DNA of 64,000 nt, taken from the NCBI GenBank assembly GCA_964016885.1, contig OZ024744.1, positions 96,596,001 through 96,660,000 of the forward strand, given 5' to 3'. The notes under the pieces are model-generated. The model saw only the letters and a list, made by a program, of their open reading frames with translations. It ran no database searches and was not told the origin of the DNA. Of this stretch, positions 50,535-64,000 are shown piece by piece. The position numbers and the translations under genes are program-made. The DNA comes from Eledone cirrhosa. Taxonomy: Eukaryota. Within the stretch, counting starts at the first letter, position 1; each line of letters opens with the position of its first letter.

Positions 50535-52249
50535 ATTCTATTAGGTAGTTCATAGAGACGTTCTCTGGTAATCAACGATGCTGGGTTTAAAATCAACTCT
50601 GATCTCAACATCCTGGAACGGAGTGAACCTCTGGACCGTCTTTCTCCCCACTTTACCCTGAAGGACCACAAATCCAATTTTCCGATCAACCCCTCTACAC
50701 GGCTATTAACTCTACGAAGTCCGATTTAGGTAGACTTAGTAAAAGGATTCTTGATAGAATTATACCTGAAATTAGAAGTTTGGCCCCTCTTGCACTGTGG
50801 AACAATTCTCTCGCGGTGATTGATTGGTTCAACGGCATATGCAACAAGGAACATTGCCGTTTTATTCAATTCGACATCAATAATTACTACTTCTCCATCA
50901 CTTTACCACTTCTCCTTAGAGCTATCAATTTCGCTAAAGCACTCACAGTGGTTAAGGATTTCGAAGTTGATGTCATCCTCAATGCCCGTAAGTCGGTGAT
51001 TAATTTCGACGACTCTATTTGGATTAAAAAATCTAATAGTACCCCATTCGACGTGAGTATGGGCGTCAGCGATTCTGCGGAGGTTACTGATCTTATCGGC
51101 CTTTTCCTTCTTTTCTCTATCAAGGAAGAATTCCCCAACGTGGGCGGTGGTTTGTACCGTGATGACGGTCTTTTGACCATGACTAAGTGCAGCCCTCGTG
51201 CTTGCGACAAGTTCAGAAAAGAACTCACAGCCTTCTTTAAAGGCTTCAACCTCTTCATACAGGTTGAGGCCAACCTCTCGGACGTTAATTACCTCGACGT
51301 TACCCTCAATTTATCGAATGGCTTGCATTACCCGTATAGAAATTCGAATGATACGCTTAATTACATAAGTAAGCTTTCTAACCATCCTGCCAGCATAACC
51401 AAGAACCTGCTAAGAAACGTTTCATTGAGGCTTTCCCGTCTATCTACTAATGAGCATATTTTCAACGACCATTCCACATATTACAATGAAACTCTTGCTC
51501 GGAGTGGATTTGTCGATAAGGTAGCATATACAGAGTACGAGAATAGACCTAGAAGAAATAGATCCCGACGCATTATATGGTATAACCCACCATATAATAT
51601 GGAGGTGGCCACACCATTAGCTAAGATCTTTCTCTCCCTTATTATGAAGCATTTTCCCCCTACACATAAATATAGTAAAATTTTTAATAGAAATACTATT
51701 AAAATTTCTTACTCTACGACTCCTAACCTTGCACATAACATCACAGTTTCAAATTTAGCTAAACTACCTAGCCGTAGGAACACGTGCAACCCTGTAGTTA
51801 GTACTAACTGTAATTGTAGGAATCGGGTTGACTGCCCCCTATCTGGGAAATGCCTCTCTAGTAACATTGTCTACAAATGTAAGGTTGAAACAGACACGTC
51901 TCGTAGGTCCTACATAGGGTTAACCGCCAATAGATTCAAGCAGCGTCTTTACATGCATACCCATTCTTTTCGTAGCCCTTTAAGAAGGAATATGACGTCA
52001 CTTTCAGCTTATATCTGGAGTCTAAAAGACAACCACACCCAATATAAGTTACACTGGGAGATTCTAGCTAGGGCTAGATCGTATAACGGAAATAAAAGAC
52101 CATGTGACCTCTTCGCCGCTGAGGCCCTGGAAATACTCTACGCCAAAGATCACTTCTTAAACAAAAAATCTGAGGCAATTTCGGCTTGTAAACATAAATT
52201 GCACAAAACTTTCCTGTATTACAGCCCCACATTATACCCCAACGGATAG
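50535..52249 (+). pseudogene. PLE2 RT plus GIY-YIG ORF (N-terminally truncated, frameshift near 50710)
   Basis: TLKDHK..F..NP.TRL upstream of ORF 50780-52249; FIQFDINNYY, GGLYRDDGL, WYNPPY, CNC-x5-C, IVYKC..YIGLT. Confidence 0.9.
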
Positions 52250-53291
52250 TACGAACTATACGCGGACATTTTACGTCTTGATATGGTAGCTAAGTATATG
52301 TTATGTTTATACCATTACTTATTTGTATAGGTAAGTATATGTTACCTGTATGTTTTGTGAAAATGCGTATACTTTCTCGTACATATATTTGATTGTATAT
52401 GTTATGGCGTATATATTATATATTCTGGTACATATGCTTTTGGTTATGTGTATATGTGAGTTTTGCGTCTGTGTGAGTATGCGGGTTCGTACGTATGTAG
52501 GGTGTGTGTATATGTGTACTTTGTGTTTTGTTTGACGTAGTCTCTGAACATATGTGTATTTACATGTAGGTATGTGTGTGCGCTTGTTATATACGTATTT
52601 ATTTATTTATATATGTTTATTTAATTATATGTATACACACATACATACACACACATATATATATATATAAATATATATATATATTTTTTCATATATATAT
52701 TTTTATGTGTATTTGGTGTATAAATTCGTATGCGTGGGGGTACAGGAGTTGCGTGGGTCCTGTATGTGCGTGCGGTTTTTTTTTGGGGGGGGGGTTTGTG
52801 TGTACGTGCGTGTATGTGTATACCTATGGTGAGCGTTTTCGCGTATGCTTGTGTATGTACGTATATGGATGCGTGTATGTATTTATTTAATTTCAATTAC
52901 TTCTGTATTTTATTTACTTTATTCTTAACTCTGAAGTCGAGAATCATTCGGTTTCCTAGTTAGAATTTAAGTCTACGAATTCATTTATACCATTTACGTG
53001 GTTTTGTCATCGCGTGCAATTGTTCTCTCCGCTCCACATATGACGTATTATTTTCGTTTTTTCCGTTCATTGCCAGAGAACATTAGTCTACGACCTCTTT
53101 TATACCATAAACGTGGTTTTGTCTTTGCGTGTAATTGTTTTTCACCGCTCCAATTAATGAGGTATTATATTCGTTATTTCCCGTTCTTTGCCAGGGAACG
53201 TTTCCACGAACCAAAGTATCGTCTTCCTGTCTTCCCCAGGTTGCAACGTTTTTTGAAATATTTGCTTCTGCGTTCACAGATTGACTTTGTT

Positions 53292-53342
53292 AGTTTCAGA
53301 TGATCCCGTTAAGGGTGAAAGCAGCGATTCTTTGCTTAAACT
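53292..53342 (+). ncRNA. Hammerhead-like motif with a variant core (inverted copy at 50276-50323)
   Basis: agttt CAGATGA t-ccc-gttaa-ggg-t GAAA gca-gcgattctt-tgc TT aaact. Confidence 0.6.
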
Positions 53343-53452
53343 TTAATCTGTTATTTTAATAAATATTTGCTCTACGGTTCATATATATTTGATATATATT
53401 TATCCTTATCGAGCCCTCTTTGGATTTTAGTCTTCAAATTTATTATTATTAC

Positions 53453-54337
<885 letters not shown>

Positions 54338-54428
54338 GTGTTAAACGATATTCAATGATTATGTCAAAGAATGAGTTTTACAGTAGATTGGAAGCACTCT
54401 ACGGGAAATTATTTTCCGGAGTTAGTAA

Positions 54429-54767
54429 TATTAAAATATAAATATTAATAAAATAGATGTTCTTTTTGATCAATTACATTTTATTATTCATATTTCAGAT
54501 GTACAACAGTACGTCCTCATCAGACAAAATATAATGATTCATGACATACCCTGAGATGTTAAATGGTTAAGATTTAATCAAGGTAGTCTATGTACTATAT
54601 GTATAATCACTACCTTGATTAAATCTTAACCATTTAACATCTCAGGGTATATCATGTATCATTATATTTTGTCTGATGAGGACGTACTGTTGTACATCCG
54701 AAATAGGAATAATAAAATGTAATTGATCAAAAGAACATCTATTTTATTAATATTTATATTTTAATAT
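54429..54767. mobile_element. Fold-back element of about 340 bp with a hammerhead in each arm (54478-54530 minus; 54666-54718 plus)
   Basis: Arms of about 160 bp. attttgt CTGATGA ggacgtac-tgtt-gtacatcc GAAA taggaa TA ataaaat. Related to 46083-46285. Confidence 0.85.
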
Positions 54768-54821
54768 ACATATATATATGTATATATATACATACATATA
54801 TTCATATATATATATGTGTAT

Positions 54822-54876
<55 letters not shown>

Positions 54877-54879
<3 letters not shown>

Positions 54880-57505
54880 CGTTTCTGAATTTGTTTAGCA
54901 AGATTCTTTATCTGAAAACGTGTGTTGAAACCGATATTGTTATACTTTGGGAGGGTCATGTTGCCAATAAGAAACACACGCACCAGTTGCTTTCACTCCA
55001 ATTTATTATAAATTAAATTTATAAATTTCCGGTTGGTTAGTTGGTTCCATAACCGGACGGTTGTTCATATATTGTCAAAGTTCTTTCGTCACACATTCTG
55101 TGACCTCTTCAGTGACTGGGGATTATTTTCTTTGTTTTTGCCTCTCTTTTGTTCGGTCCTACTTCATCTTGTTTTTGTGTGTGTTGTGTGCTTAGTTTGC
55201 GCATGTGTTACATCCGGGTGTCTGTGTGTGTTTTTATTTGTTTATTTATTTGTTTATTTACATGTTACTGGTTGGTTGTTTGTTCTATGTGTGTGTGTTT
55301 TCATTTTGTCCTTAATTGTAAGTTGTGATGTTGCTATTCCATTCATGTTTTCTATTTAATTTTGGTTGGAGTTCATTTATGTTTATTGTCTCTGTGATTT
55401 GTCTAAACATTGCGTCTTCTCTGTGTGTAGATTCTATTTTTATTTATATGTTCTCTAATTTTCCCTAATGTTCTATTTTAGCATGTTGGTGGAGTATTGA
55501 TGATTCTTTTTTATCTTCTCGCCAGTGTTCATTTAACCATTCTCCTATACTACGAGCTCTCTCACCTATGTACACTATATTCTTATCTTTACATTGTCCT
55601 TCAGTACATCTTATGCTATATACTACATTTCTAGTTTTACAGTTAATATGAGGGCTACGTTTACAGATTATGCATTTCTTATCTATACAGGAAGGTCTTT
55701 GAAAAGGGTATGTATTGCTAATAAGTGTTTTTATGGAGGTACCTGGTCTTTCTACTATCTTAATATTAAGTTTAAGTTTATCTAGGGCCCTTCTAAATTT
55801 GTAAGCTAATTCACCTCTAAGGGTTGTATTGATGAACAGTACACTCTGGTATTTATTGCTATCATACCATGAGTTTATTCTATTCACCTTATTCCTAGTT
55901 CTTTCTATTCTATTCCAAAATGTGCTCCTATACAAGGGGCAGGTCCCATTTGTATCATTATTTACCATTTTATCCCATTTGGTTCTGGCTCCTCTATATA
56001 CTCTGATTTTATCTCTCTGATTGTAACCAGAGAACTGCATACGGTGGATGAAGTGTTGTATGTGTCACTCTAGTTCTTTGGGGTTGCACATGCGGGACAC
56101 GTTTCTCATCACCCGTACCAAATTCGCAATCAGTATGTTGATTTTGGTGTGATCCAAAATAGCTGAGTTTCGGTGGATCAGATATTTGGAAGTCATGGGT
56201 TTGGCATAATGGGAATGGAGGATTTGTTTTTTGTTATTAATGGTTTCTAACCAGAGCTCTGTGTCTAGTACAGGTAATCGATGGTTGGGTGTTTGCTTGG
56301 GTAGTCTATAGTAACTCTAATACTCTCGTGGATGGAGTTAGCTATTTGCTGGATGCTTTCGATGGTGTTTTTCTCTAATTCCTGACTGTTCTCTAGTGGG
56401 GGTGTTTTTACTACGATGTTTATATCATCAACGTAGCGGGAGTACATTATCAGGGTTAAGAGGTTGCCGTTTTCTAATTGTTCTTTAAGTTTAAGTTTAA
56501 GTTTATTGTCCCACCATACCATGAATAGGTTAGCTATGTCACCTGCAATGCTAACACCAATGGCTGCTCCCTTCTCTTGGGCATATGTTTTTCCATTAAA
56601 TTTGAACATATGTTCCTTAAGGGTTAGTTTTATACTGGCCCCTACCGCATGTGCAATCATTTACTTTAGAGAATCGTGGTTTTCGGAGGTCCGTATGGCT
56701 CTGGTCCACCCGTTCCATCTATCTGTGTGGGTTTTCTTGGCCATTGAGGTAATGGTAGGTGGTCTGCCTCTTGCTGGTCTTGTAGGGCACAGGTTGCTAA
56801 GGTCATATGTATCTAGATAATCATTACTATAGGTAAGTTTAAGTAGGAGTCCCAGCTCACTGGTATCAATCCCACGGAATTCAACATTGCTCTCACTGAT
56901 TATTTCTACGCATATCTCCACAGCAAAATCCACGTCAATGGATGGATATAGGGACACAACATCCATACTACCTATTATACAGTCTGTTAGGTCGCCAGAT
57001 CGGTTATTTTCGCTGATTCTGCTGAGGAGGTCCTCCTTGCTGTCACATATATCTAGGGACATTTCAATGATGGGGCGTATGATCGGGGAGAGGAAGTAGG
57101 AAAGTCTGTAGTTACCAGCAATGTTAGCTCCACAGACTGGCCGTGTTGGTGGTCCTGTGACAGGGTCACTGCTCGTCTTATGGTCTTTTCGAAGCCCATA
57201 CAATGCTGGCACATCATTGTTCAAGGCCTAAGCACACAACACACACAAAAACAAGATGACGTAGGACAGAACAAAGGAGAGGCACAAAACAAAGAAAAGA
57301 ATCCCAGTCACTGAAGAGGTCACAGAATGTGTGACGAAAGAACTTTGACAATATATGAACAACCGTCCAGTTATGGAACCAACCAACCAACCGGAAATTT
57401 ATAAATTCTTAAATTTATAAATTTAATTTATAATAAATTGGAGTGAAAGCAACTGGTGCGTGTGTTTCTTATTGGCAACATGACCCTCCCAAAGCATAAC
57501 AATAT
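54877..57505 (-). mobile_element. Penelope-like element PLE4 (Neptune/Nematis-like), frameshifted, with an inverted terminal repeat, in (TA)n
   Basis: LYGLRKDHK, GSMDVVSLYPSI, GAAIG, RYVDD, C-x4-CxxC, VVYSIRC..YIGE. 54934-55195 is inverted to 57228-57505. Confidence 0.9.
57307..57349 (+). ncRNA. Hammerhead motif in the PLE4 terminal repeat (second copy at 55074-55116, minus)
   Basis: gtca CTGAAGA g-gtcaca-gaatg-tgtgac GAAA g-aa-c TT tgac. Confidence 0.7.
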
Positions 57506-57884
57506 ATATATATACATATATATATATAATGTTTAGAATATTGACATGACTGTATATTGTCTGCATCCTTTCCACATACTCGCTTGCAGTAGATAATGAT
57601 TTAACAGACAATGAATCAATATTTATGCTGCAATATAATATTGAATTTGATTTTATCTTTAATTATCAAGAGTAGATAAATACAGATGAAAACGGGGGAA
57701 TAAATATTTTTCATTGTAGTTCCTACCACATATAGAAGGACACCATACATATGCGAATGTTGAAACCGTAAGCAGTTATCTCAAAATCATATTATCTGTA
57801 TTTGTGGGTGAAAGACTTATTCAATATATTTGCATAGACTTTTGAAAAAACTATTTAAAAAGAAAAAAATTATGACAAGTTTAC

Positions 57885-58013
57885 TTTTTCCTGCTTCATC
57901 ATCCAATGGTTGCTTCAATGCTGTTATGTCTTTGAAGGTACAAAGAAGTAGAACTACTTGATCCTTTTCGTTTCGGACTGGAGCTATATGCAATAGAAGC
58001 CATAATGGTGTTT
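57885..58013 (-). CDS. eag: Internal coding exon (129 nt, phase 1/1) of an ether-a-go-go (KCNH1/KCNH5, Kv10) potassium channel, end of the PAS domain
   Basis: Minus strand: acceptor tttattctttcAG, then TPLWLLLHIAPVRNEKDQVVLLLCTFKDITALKQPLDDEAGK, then donor GTaaac. The peptide matches the eag/KCNH1 pattern TP.W....AP.RNE.D.VVL.L.TF.DITA.KQP from memory. Not in the ORF track. Confidence 0.93.
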
Positions 58014-58299
58014 CTGAAAGAATAAAAATGAGAAGAAAAAAAAAATGTTTTAATCGTACAATGACCAGAAAGTTAATTACTTAATTGATTTTAGTTTTAT
58101 AAATTCTTTTATTTTATTTAAATTTATTTTGCGTAATGATTTGATTTTCAATAAAATACTGAAATCGTTCATGATTGTACTAAGGTTTGTGAAGAATGTT
58201 ACAATCATTGCTTTTCATCAAACATTTTTAAAATGTCGCTTGGTTCGTCATCTGTAACTGGATTAATTTCAATGTCCCTATTCATTATTAACATAAATA

Positions 58300-58500
58300 A
58301 GCAGCGTCTGACAGAATGCTTTGTGGCATATTGTTATGGTTCTGAGATCAATTCTAAGTTCAAATCCCTCAGAGTTTAACTTTGCCTTTCATCCATACGC
58401 TGTCGATAAAATAAAGTACCAGTAAGCCACTAGGGTCAATTTAATCGACTTTTCCACTTCCTTCAAATTGCTGACCTTGTTCCAAAAAAAGAAGCAATTA
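58300..58500 (+). mobile_element. Older SINE copy with a probable TSD (attattaacataaata)
   Basis: B-box, core and tail are present; attattaacataaata occurs near 58285 and 58497. Confidence 0.75.
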
Positions 58501-58544
58501 TTAACATAAATAGGCACATACATACACACATACACGTAAAGTAA

Positions 58545-58592
<48 letters not shown>

Positions 58593-58717
58593 ATATATAT
58601 ATATCAGTTCTTTGGATTAGCAACAATATATTTCGGATCTGGGCCTATCAACGAATTAACAAGGTAAACTTTATTCGACCATTATATTTCCCTGTTTTTT
58701 TTTCTGTTCAAGTTCTA

Positions 58718-58784
58718 GCTGCCTGATGAGGTCATAACTGTTGCATTATAGTTATCACCGAAATATATAAATATATATTGCAGC
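58718..58784 (+). ncRNA. Type-I hammerhead in a solo PLE1-family terminus (about 58605-58835)
   Basis: gctgc CTGATGA ggtcataactgttgcattatagttatcacc GAAA tatata-aa-tatata TT gcagc. Confidence 0.8.
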
Positions 58785-58835
58785 GAATATGAATAAACGA
58801 AGTTAATTTTAGCCTGTTGACTTACACTTCTTGTT

Positions 58836-58912
<77 letters not shown>

Positions 58913-58968
58913 ATATATATTTAATATAGAAATGGCTTCTACAGGACTAGAACTGTTTTATTCAGGGT

Positions 58969-59015
58969 TTTCCTGATGATTTCCTCCGAATGAAACAGTT
59001 CTAGTGTTGTAGAAG
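58969..59015 (+). ncRNA. Hammerhead within hairpin 58920-59030 (family of 43401-43507)
   Basis: tttc CTGATGA t-ttc-ctcc-gaa-t GAAA cag-ttctagtg-ttg TA gaag. Confidence 0.7.
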
Positions 59016-59613
59016 CCATTTCTATATTAAATATTTATACTCTTGCTATGTATTGAGTACCTTACTTACTGTGGTTACCCCCGATTGAATCCGGGATAAA
59101 TATATATATATACGTTCTATGTAGTAATAAGCATTAATTCGAAATTTTTGCAATTTCGAAAATGTGAAGGTATTGAAATGTCGAAAGTGTAGCAAAAATC
59201 GCAGTGCCTGATGATCATCTCAGCCCGTTGGTTGGAACAGGTAAAAGAGTAAAATAACTAACGAAATCAATGCACAGGTACAGCAATACATAAATGTTAC
59301 TAGTTGAAGATATCCTTTAAAGTTTTAAAACCGGCGACGACGATGTTATTAACTTTGTCACCATTGTTATGATTCTTTGCTGCCTGTAATAAAACACTCA
59401 ATGGACATATTACTATAATTACACTCAGGCGATGAGGATAGATAATTTACGAAATATTAATGAACTTAGGAACACTATTGTTTCTGGAAAAAAAAATACC
59501 CATAAAGAACTAATAACGAAACGTGAAAAACGATAAAAAAATCTTAAACCCGAGCACAGCCAGCGTGTCGTCTGTATATCACACATACACACATCATATA
59601 CAAATGACATGTC

Positions 59614-59655
<42 letters not shown>

Positions 59656-59666
59656 ATATATATAAA

Positions 59667-59875
59667 GTAGAAACAAGAGTCACTACATACAGAAGGGAGG
59701 AGAGAGGGCACCCCTGTCGGATGGACCGCGCGATTTCGAACGGCTCCGAGAGGTAGCCGTTCACCTTGACCCTTGAGCAGATGCGGCTGCTGTGCATGGC
59801 ATTGATCCAGCCCCTGAAAACGGGTCCGAAGCCTGCCGCCGCTAGCACCGCATCCAGGTAACCATGGTGGACCCT
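59667..59875 (-). mobile_element. Internal Tx1 RT fragment between (ATCT)n tracts
   Basis: LAAAGFGPVFRGWINAMHS..VNGYLSEPFEIARSIRQGCPLSSLLYV, homologous to Tx1 ORF2. Confidence 0.85.
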
Positions 59876-59891
59876 ATCTATCTATCTATCA

Positions 59892-60028
59892 ATTTTATTT
59901 TTTGTTATATTTTATTTTATTTTTATATATTGTTATTGCCTCCTCCTTATTGAGGACGCCTTGTTTTGTAAACTCCCCCCATTGTACTTGTCCCACTTTT
60001 GATGCCCTGGTGGCAAATAAAAGAAACA

Positions 60029-60030
<2 letters not shown>
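59892..60030 (+). mobile_element. Tx1 3' UTR fragment in (ATCT)n
   Basis: Ends cattgtacttgtccc..cctggtggcaaataaaagaaac, like the other Tx1 3' ends. (ATCT)n on both sides. Confidence 0.6.
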
Positions 60031-60075
<45 letters not shown>

Positions 60076-60762
60076 AACATATATTTGGCTGCGAGAAATA
60101 TGCTCTGAAAATAGAGTAATTTTGACGCTTTTACATTATAATTTAAGAATTTGGAGATTTGATAATTACATTTTCTTTTATTTTGATTGTTTTGTTGTGT
60201 AAGTTTACAAGGATCATTATTTGACTTACGGGGTCGATAAAATAAAGTACCAGTAATGCACTGGGTAATTGCTGGCCTTGTGCCTAAAGTAGAAACAATT
60301 ATACTGGGAAGTGTTTGAATACCTTTAAATAAACATGTAATCGGAATCTTTACAATCTTAAAATTAACTTTTTTAATATTCTAATTCAGCACATATCCTC
60401 ACAGGTTAGTAGGGAGATCTTTCTTCCAAGTTGAAACCCTTTAACCTACAGGTAGTTACACCCTCTAGGTAGTCCCTAGTAATTTCCAGTTGTGTCGATC
60501 TGTGCATTTGAGTACTAGGAATGAATCATATTACACTGGTTGGCTTAGACTGTATACCCAAGGAAATAATAGACGTTTTACGTATCTCCACACTTTGAAT
60601 TCAATGTGTTTTTCTGAATTTCTCTATCACCCGTGGTTTTCTGTCTCTAACGTACGTGCCTAACAATAGAAAACATTAAAAACTGTAGTGGCCGATTATC
60701 AAAACCGATAGATTAATCGATAAAATGGCCGATACTGAGTAACTGCCAATTAATCGGTGCAC

Positions 60763-62074
60763 CAGGTCCATACACGACAACCTCCACCTCATGCGATACA
60801 TCATGCGATACTATCGCTTGACTGTTGTGCCTTGTCCCCGTGAACACCTCGCCAAGATGGAACGCATGCTCTTCCAGTTTCGGTGGAAGAAGCAGGCTCC
60901 GCTGATGAAGAGAACCGTCTGCTGTCAGCACCCTTCCAACGGAGGGCTGGGAATGCCGTGGCTGATGATGCGCAAACATGCGCTGAGGCTGCGGCATCTC
61001 CAGGTATTCCTCACCGACCTCCAACCAGTGTGGGTACCGTTTGTGAGACAGGCTTTCCCACAGCTCGTCTCGCTGACGGAGCTGCAGACCTGGGTCAAGA
61101 AAAGACCGAAAACAATGGGCGCCTGGCACATTGAATGCGCTCAGGCGCTCACAGTCCTCTGGCAGGCGGGCGCAGCAATAAGTGGAGACTCCACTTCGAC
61201 ATTCTAGAGAGGGATTGCACGTTACAAGGGCGATGATGAGCTCGGAGAGACTCTGGGCGTCGAAAACGATGAGCTCACCAGTCTATTTGGTAGGACTTTC
61301 CGCCCGGGACCTATGGACAACTTCCAGAGGTCCCTGGCCTAGCAGTGCTTCCGAGGAGATCTACCGGTTCGTGACAAGATCTACAGGCACGGACGTCCCG
61401 GCAGGGATCCTTCCAAGAGGACGTGTCCAAGATGCGCACAGCACATTGAAACCGCCCTGCACGCAATTGTACACTGCCCGGGCGTAACCGACCTGTGGAA
61501 CTATGCAGAACAACTGTTGTCGTGTATGGGACAAATCCAGTTGACTGCCGAGTCTATAGTAAGGATCAAACCGCCAGCCTCTTTCAAAAACGAAAGAGAG
61601 GCGGTTTTCCTCTGTACGGTGGCTATGGTGAAAGAAGTTATATGGTGGACGAGATTGAGAGGACTGAGGACAGATGCCTTTCTCTCCGGACAACAATTGA
61701 TTCCCTTCTTTAAGTATCACTTTAGGACGAGAATCAGAGTGGAGAGAGAGAGGCACTGCACCCCAGTAAATTTACTGAAAAGTGGGTGATTGTGGCAAAA
61801 TGGCCCGAGTGATTGGGCTTTCTCTGTTTATAAACCTGTAGGTTAAAGAAGAGAGCAAAATGAAGAAAGGAGCACTAGCACAACACGCTCCTGGAGTTGA
61901 GGGTTGTTCTATCGACGGGGTATTAAACAACCCATTTGTGGCGCCTGCACCCTAGTGGGGATTTCGATTGTTGTAATTATTTGTTCTATTTTTTTTCACG
62001 ACTGTATGTAAAATCCCCGGCATGTGTCTCTATATTGTCCCCTTTTCTTGTGCGCCCTTGTGACAAATAAAGAA

Positions 62075-62076
<2 letters not shown>
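60763..62076 (+). mobile_element. 5'-truncated, internally deleted Tx1 element followed by (ATCT)n
   Basis: SIHDNLHLMRY is joined directly to YRLTVVPCP (about 700 nt missing relative to 23119-23821). Also GGLGMPWLMMRKHALRLRHL, stops and frameshifts, 3' end ccttgtgacaaataaagaaat. Confidence 0.9.
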
Positions 62077-62124
<48 letters not shown>

Positions 62125-62346
62125 ATATTTATTTCCCTCTCCCTCTCTCTCTATCTATATCTGTACACACACACACATACTCACATATATACACAAACAT
62201 AATATATATCATATATGTGCATATATATACATATAAATATAGTATGTATATTATTTATGTATAAGGCCTTCAATAATTACTTTGCGTTTGTTCTAGGTAT
62301 ATCTACGTTCAGATTTATGTATTTTACGGTCTTACTTCCTTATTTG

Positions 62347-62405
<59 letters not shown>

Positions 62406-62779
62406 CGAAGGCAGTGTGGTAAGGAACCAGATGGACCATAACGCACCAGAGTACTCAATACTTAGGGTAGTAGAGTGGGTAATATATGTATATATATATA
62501 TATATATATGTAGGAGGTGAGTTTTATTGTGAAACAATATATATTTTTCTCAGTTATAAAGGCTATCTCTCTCTTTCTATCACCCATCTTTCCTCCTATC
62601 TCATCCTTCCTTATTATACTCCTCCCCCACCATTCTTTACTCTCATCTCCTCCTCTTTTTCATCCCCCCCCCCCTCATTTTTTTCCCAATATCACACATC
62701 AATCTTAAATTACGTTTCATATGTTGATTTAAAACTGCACTATTCACAAGTGTTTTTTAACCTTCATATCATGTCTCCC

Positions 62780-62850
62780 TATTTTATCTGACGAAAACGC
62801 AAATGTCATCTCATGATGATATTTGTTTTTGAAATGCGCATAATAAAATA
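62780..62850 (+). ncRNA. Type-I hammerhead in solo Penelope terminus 62509-62890
   Basis: tattttat CTGACGA aaacgcaaatgtcatc-tcat-gatgatatttgttttt GAAA tgcgca TA ataaaata. Confidence 0.8.
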
Positions 62851-63041
62851 CATGGAACTCTTTTAACCATCTTTTGATCTTATATTATATATATATATAG
62901 TTTTAATATAGATGAGATTCTACAGGACTAGAACTGTTTTATTCTTGAGAAATCATCAAGAATCTGGAATATATATATATATTAGAAAGTGAGGTTATTT
63001 TACAAAATGAAAAAAAAACGAGGTGTCCTACACGAGTGAAA

Positions 63042-63321
63042 GTATAAGGAAAAAAGATGAAATCGAAAATGCAACTCGAGTCTTTTTTTTTATATATTTA
63101 TTTGGTTCCTTTACCGGTTTCGCAGTTCTTGTGCAAAAGTAGAGTTGAGATGGAGGGTTTGTGGTTTTTCTCACATCTGATGTATGTGAGAAAAATCACA
63201 AACCCTCCATCTCAACTCTACTTTTGAAAAGCACAAGAACTGCGAAACCGGTAAAGGAACCAAATAAATATATTAAAAAAAAAACTCCAGTTGCATTTTC
63301 GATTTCATCTTTTTTCCTCAT

Positions 63322-63322
<1 letters not shown>
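63042..63322. mobile_element. Fold-back element of about 280 bp with a decayed hammerhead (63221-63256)
   Basis: Arms of about 135 bp. ctt TTGAAAA gca-caagaac-tgc GAAA ccgg TA aag. Confidence 0.7.
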
Positions 63323-63361
<39 letters not shown>

Positions 63362-64000
63362 ACAGGGGGGAAGAAAAAATGGCTTCACTTGTGCTTTCAA
63401 CAAATTTATTTTCTTCACAAAATCCAAAAAGAATTTTTTTCCGGATTAGAAAAAAAAAATTTGTTTCCCTTAAAAAAAGTTATTTTATAAATTAAGTTAG
63501 GTCTTAGGAGTTCTTGGTTAACGTAGGAGGTATTGTTTCGTTTTTAGAACGACCTTTCACGCTGAGGTGCGCTTGTCAAACTGATGTGTATGTGGTGTGT
63601 TGTTCTATATATAGGGATTTGACATGTCTGTGGTGTGGTGGTGGGGGGGGGGGGGGTTTCTCCCCCTTTTTAATAAGTGTATGGGTGTAGGTGTGTTGAA
63701 AAAGTGTTAATAGCAGTAATGAGTTGAGACGGTGAGTAGGGTTGGGTGGGGAGAAATGTAGCAAGTGCGGCCTGCCCCGGTCATTCTCGAATAATTCCTT
63801 TATTCAGGGGATTCCTTTGTGTTGAGAATGGTCACAGGCAAATCCCACCTGCCAAGTTTGTAAACAATTATTTTTTTCTGAAGAATTTTTCTACGTCCAT
63901 CCCAAAATTAGTCCTTTGTTCAACACACACATATGTGCGTATATACGTACATACACACACGGGCATATGTAGGAATATATAGGCACACACCATCAATCAC

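Noticed and set aside
59175-59225. Possible type-II hammerhead (GAAA gtg TA gca..tgc CTGATGA)
   Set aside because: Stem III is essentially absent, stem II is weak and it occurs once, so it may be chance.

Overview
AT- and microsatellite-rich animal genomic DNA, probably an octopod cephalopod (inferred from the SINE sequences, unverified). The only host coding sequence I recognised is a 129-nt minus-strand exon (57885-58013) of an ether-a-go-go (eag/KCNH1/5) potassium channel, so most of the window is probably eag intron. Bases 1-30.4 kb are (ATT)n tracts filled with R4/Dong-clade retrotransposons (three families, two intact 1130-aa ORFs), one intact two-ORF Tx1 element in the opposite orientation, tRNA-derived SINEs and RTE remnants. 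Bases 31-64 kb are (TA)n-rich and contain four decayed Penelope-like elements, about ten fold-back mini-elements and (ATCT)n-associated Tx1 fragments. Best leads: about 20 type-I hammerhead ribozyme motifs, mostly in fold-back elements and some with position-4 core variants; a 3' motif shared by the SINE and Tx1 (CCTTGTG-N8-AGAAAY); and repeated SINE insertion into one target site. All alignments and RNA folds were done by eye.
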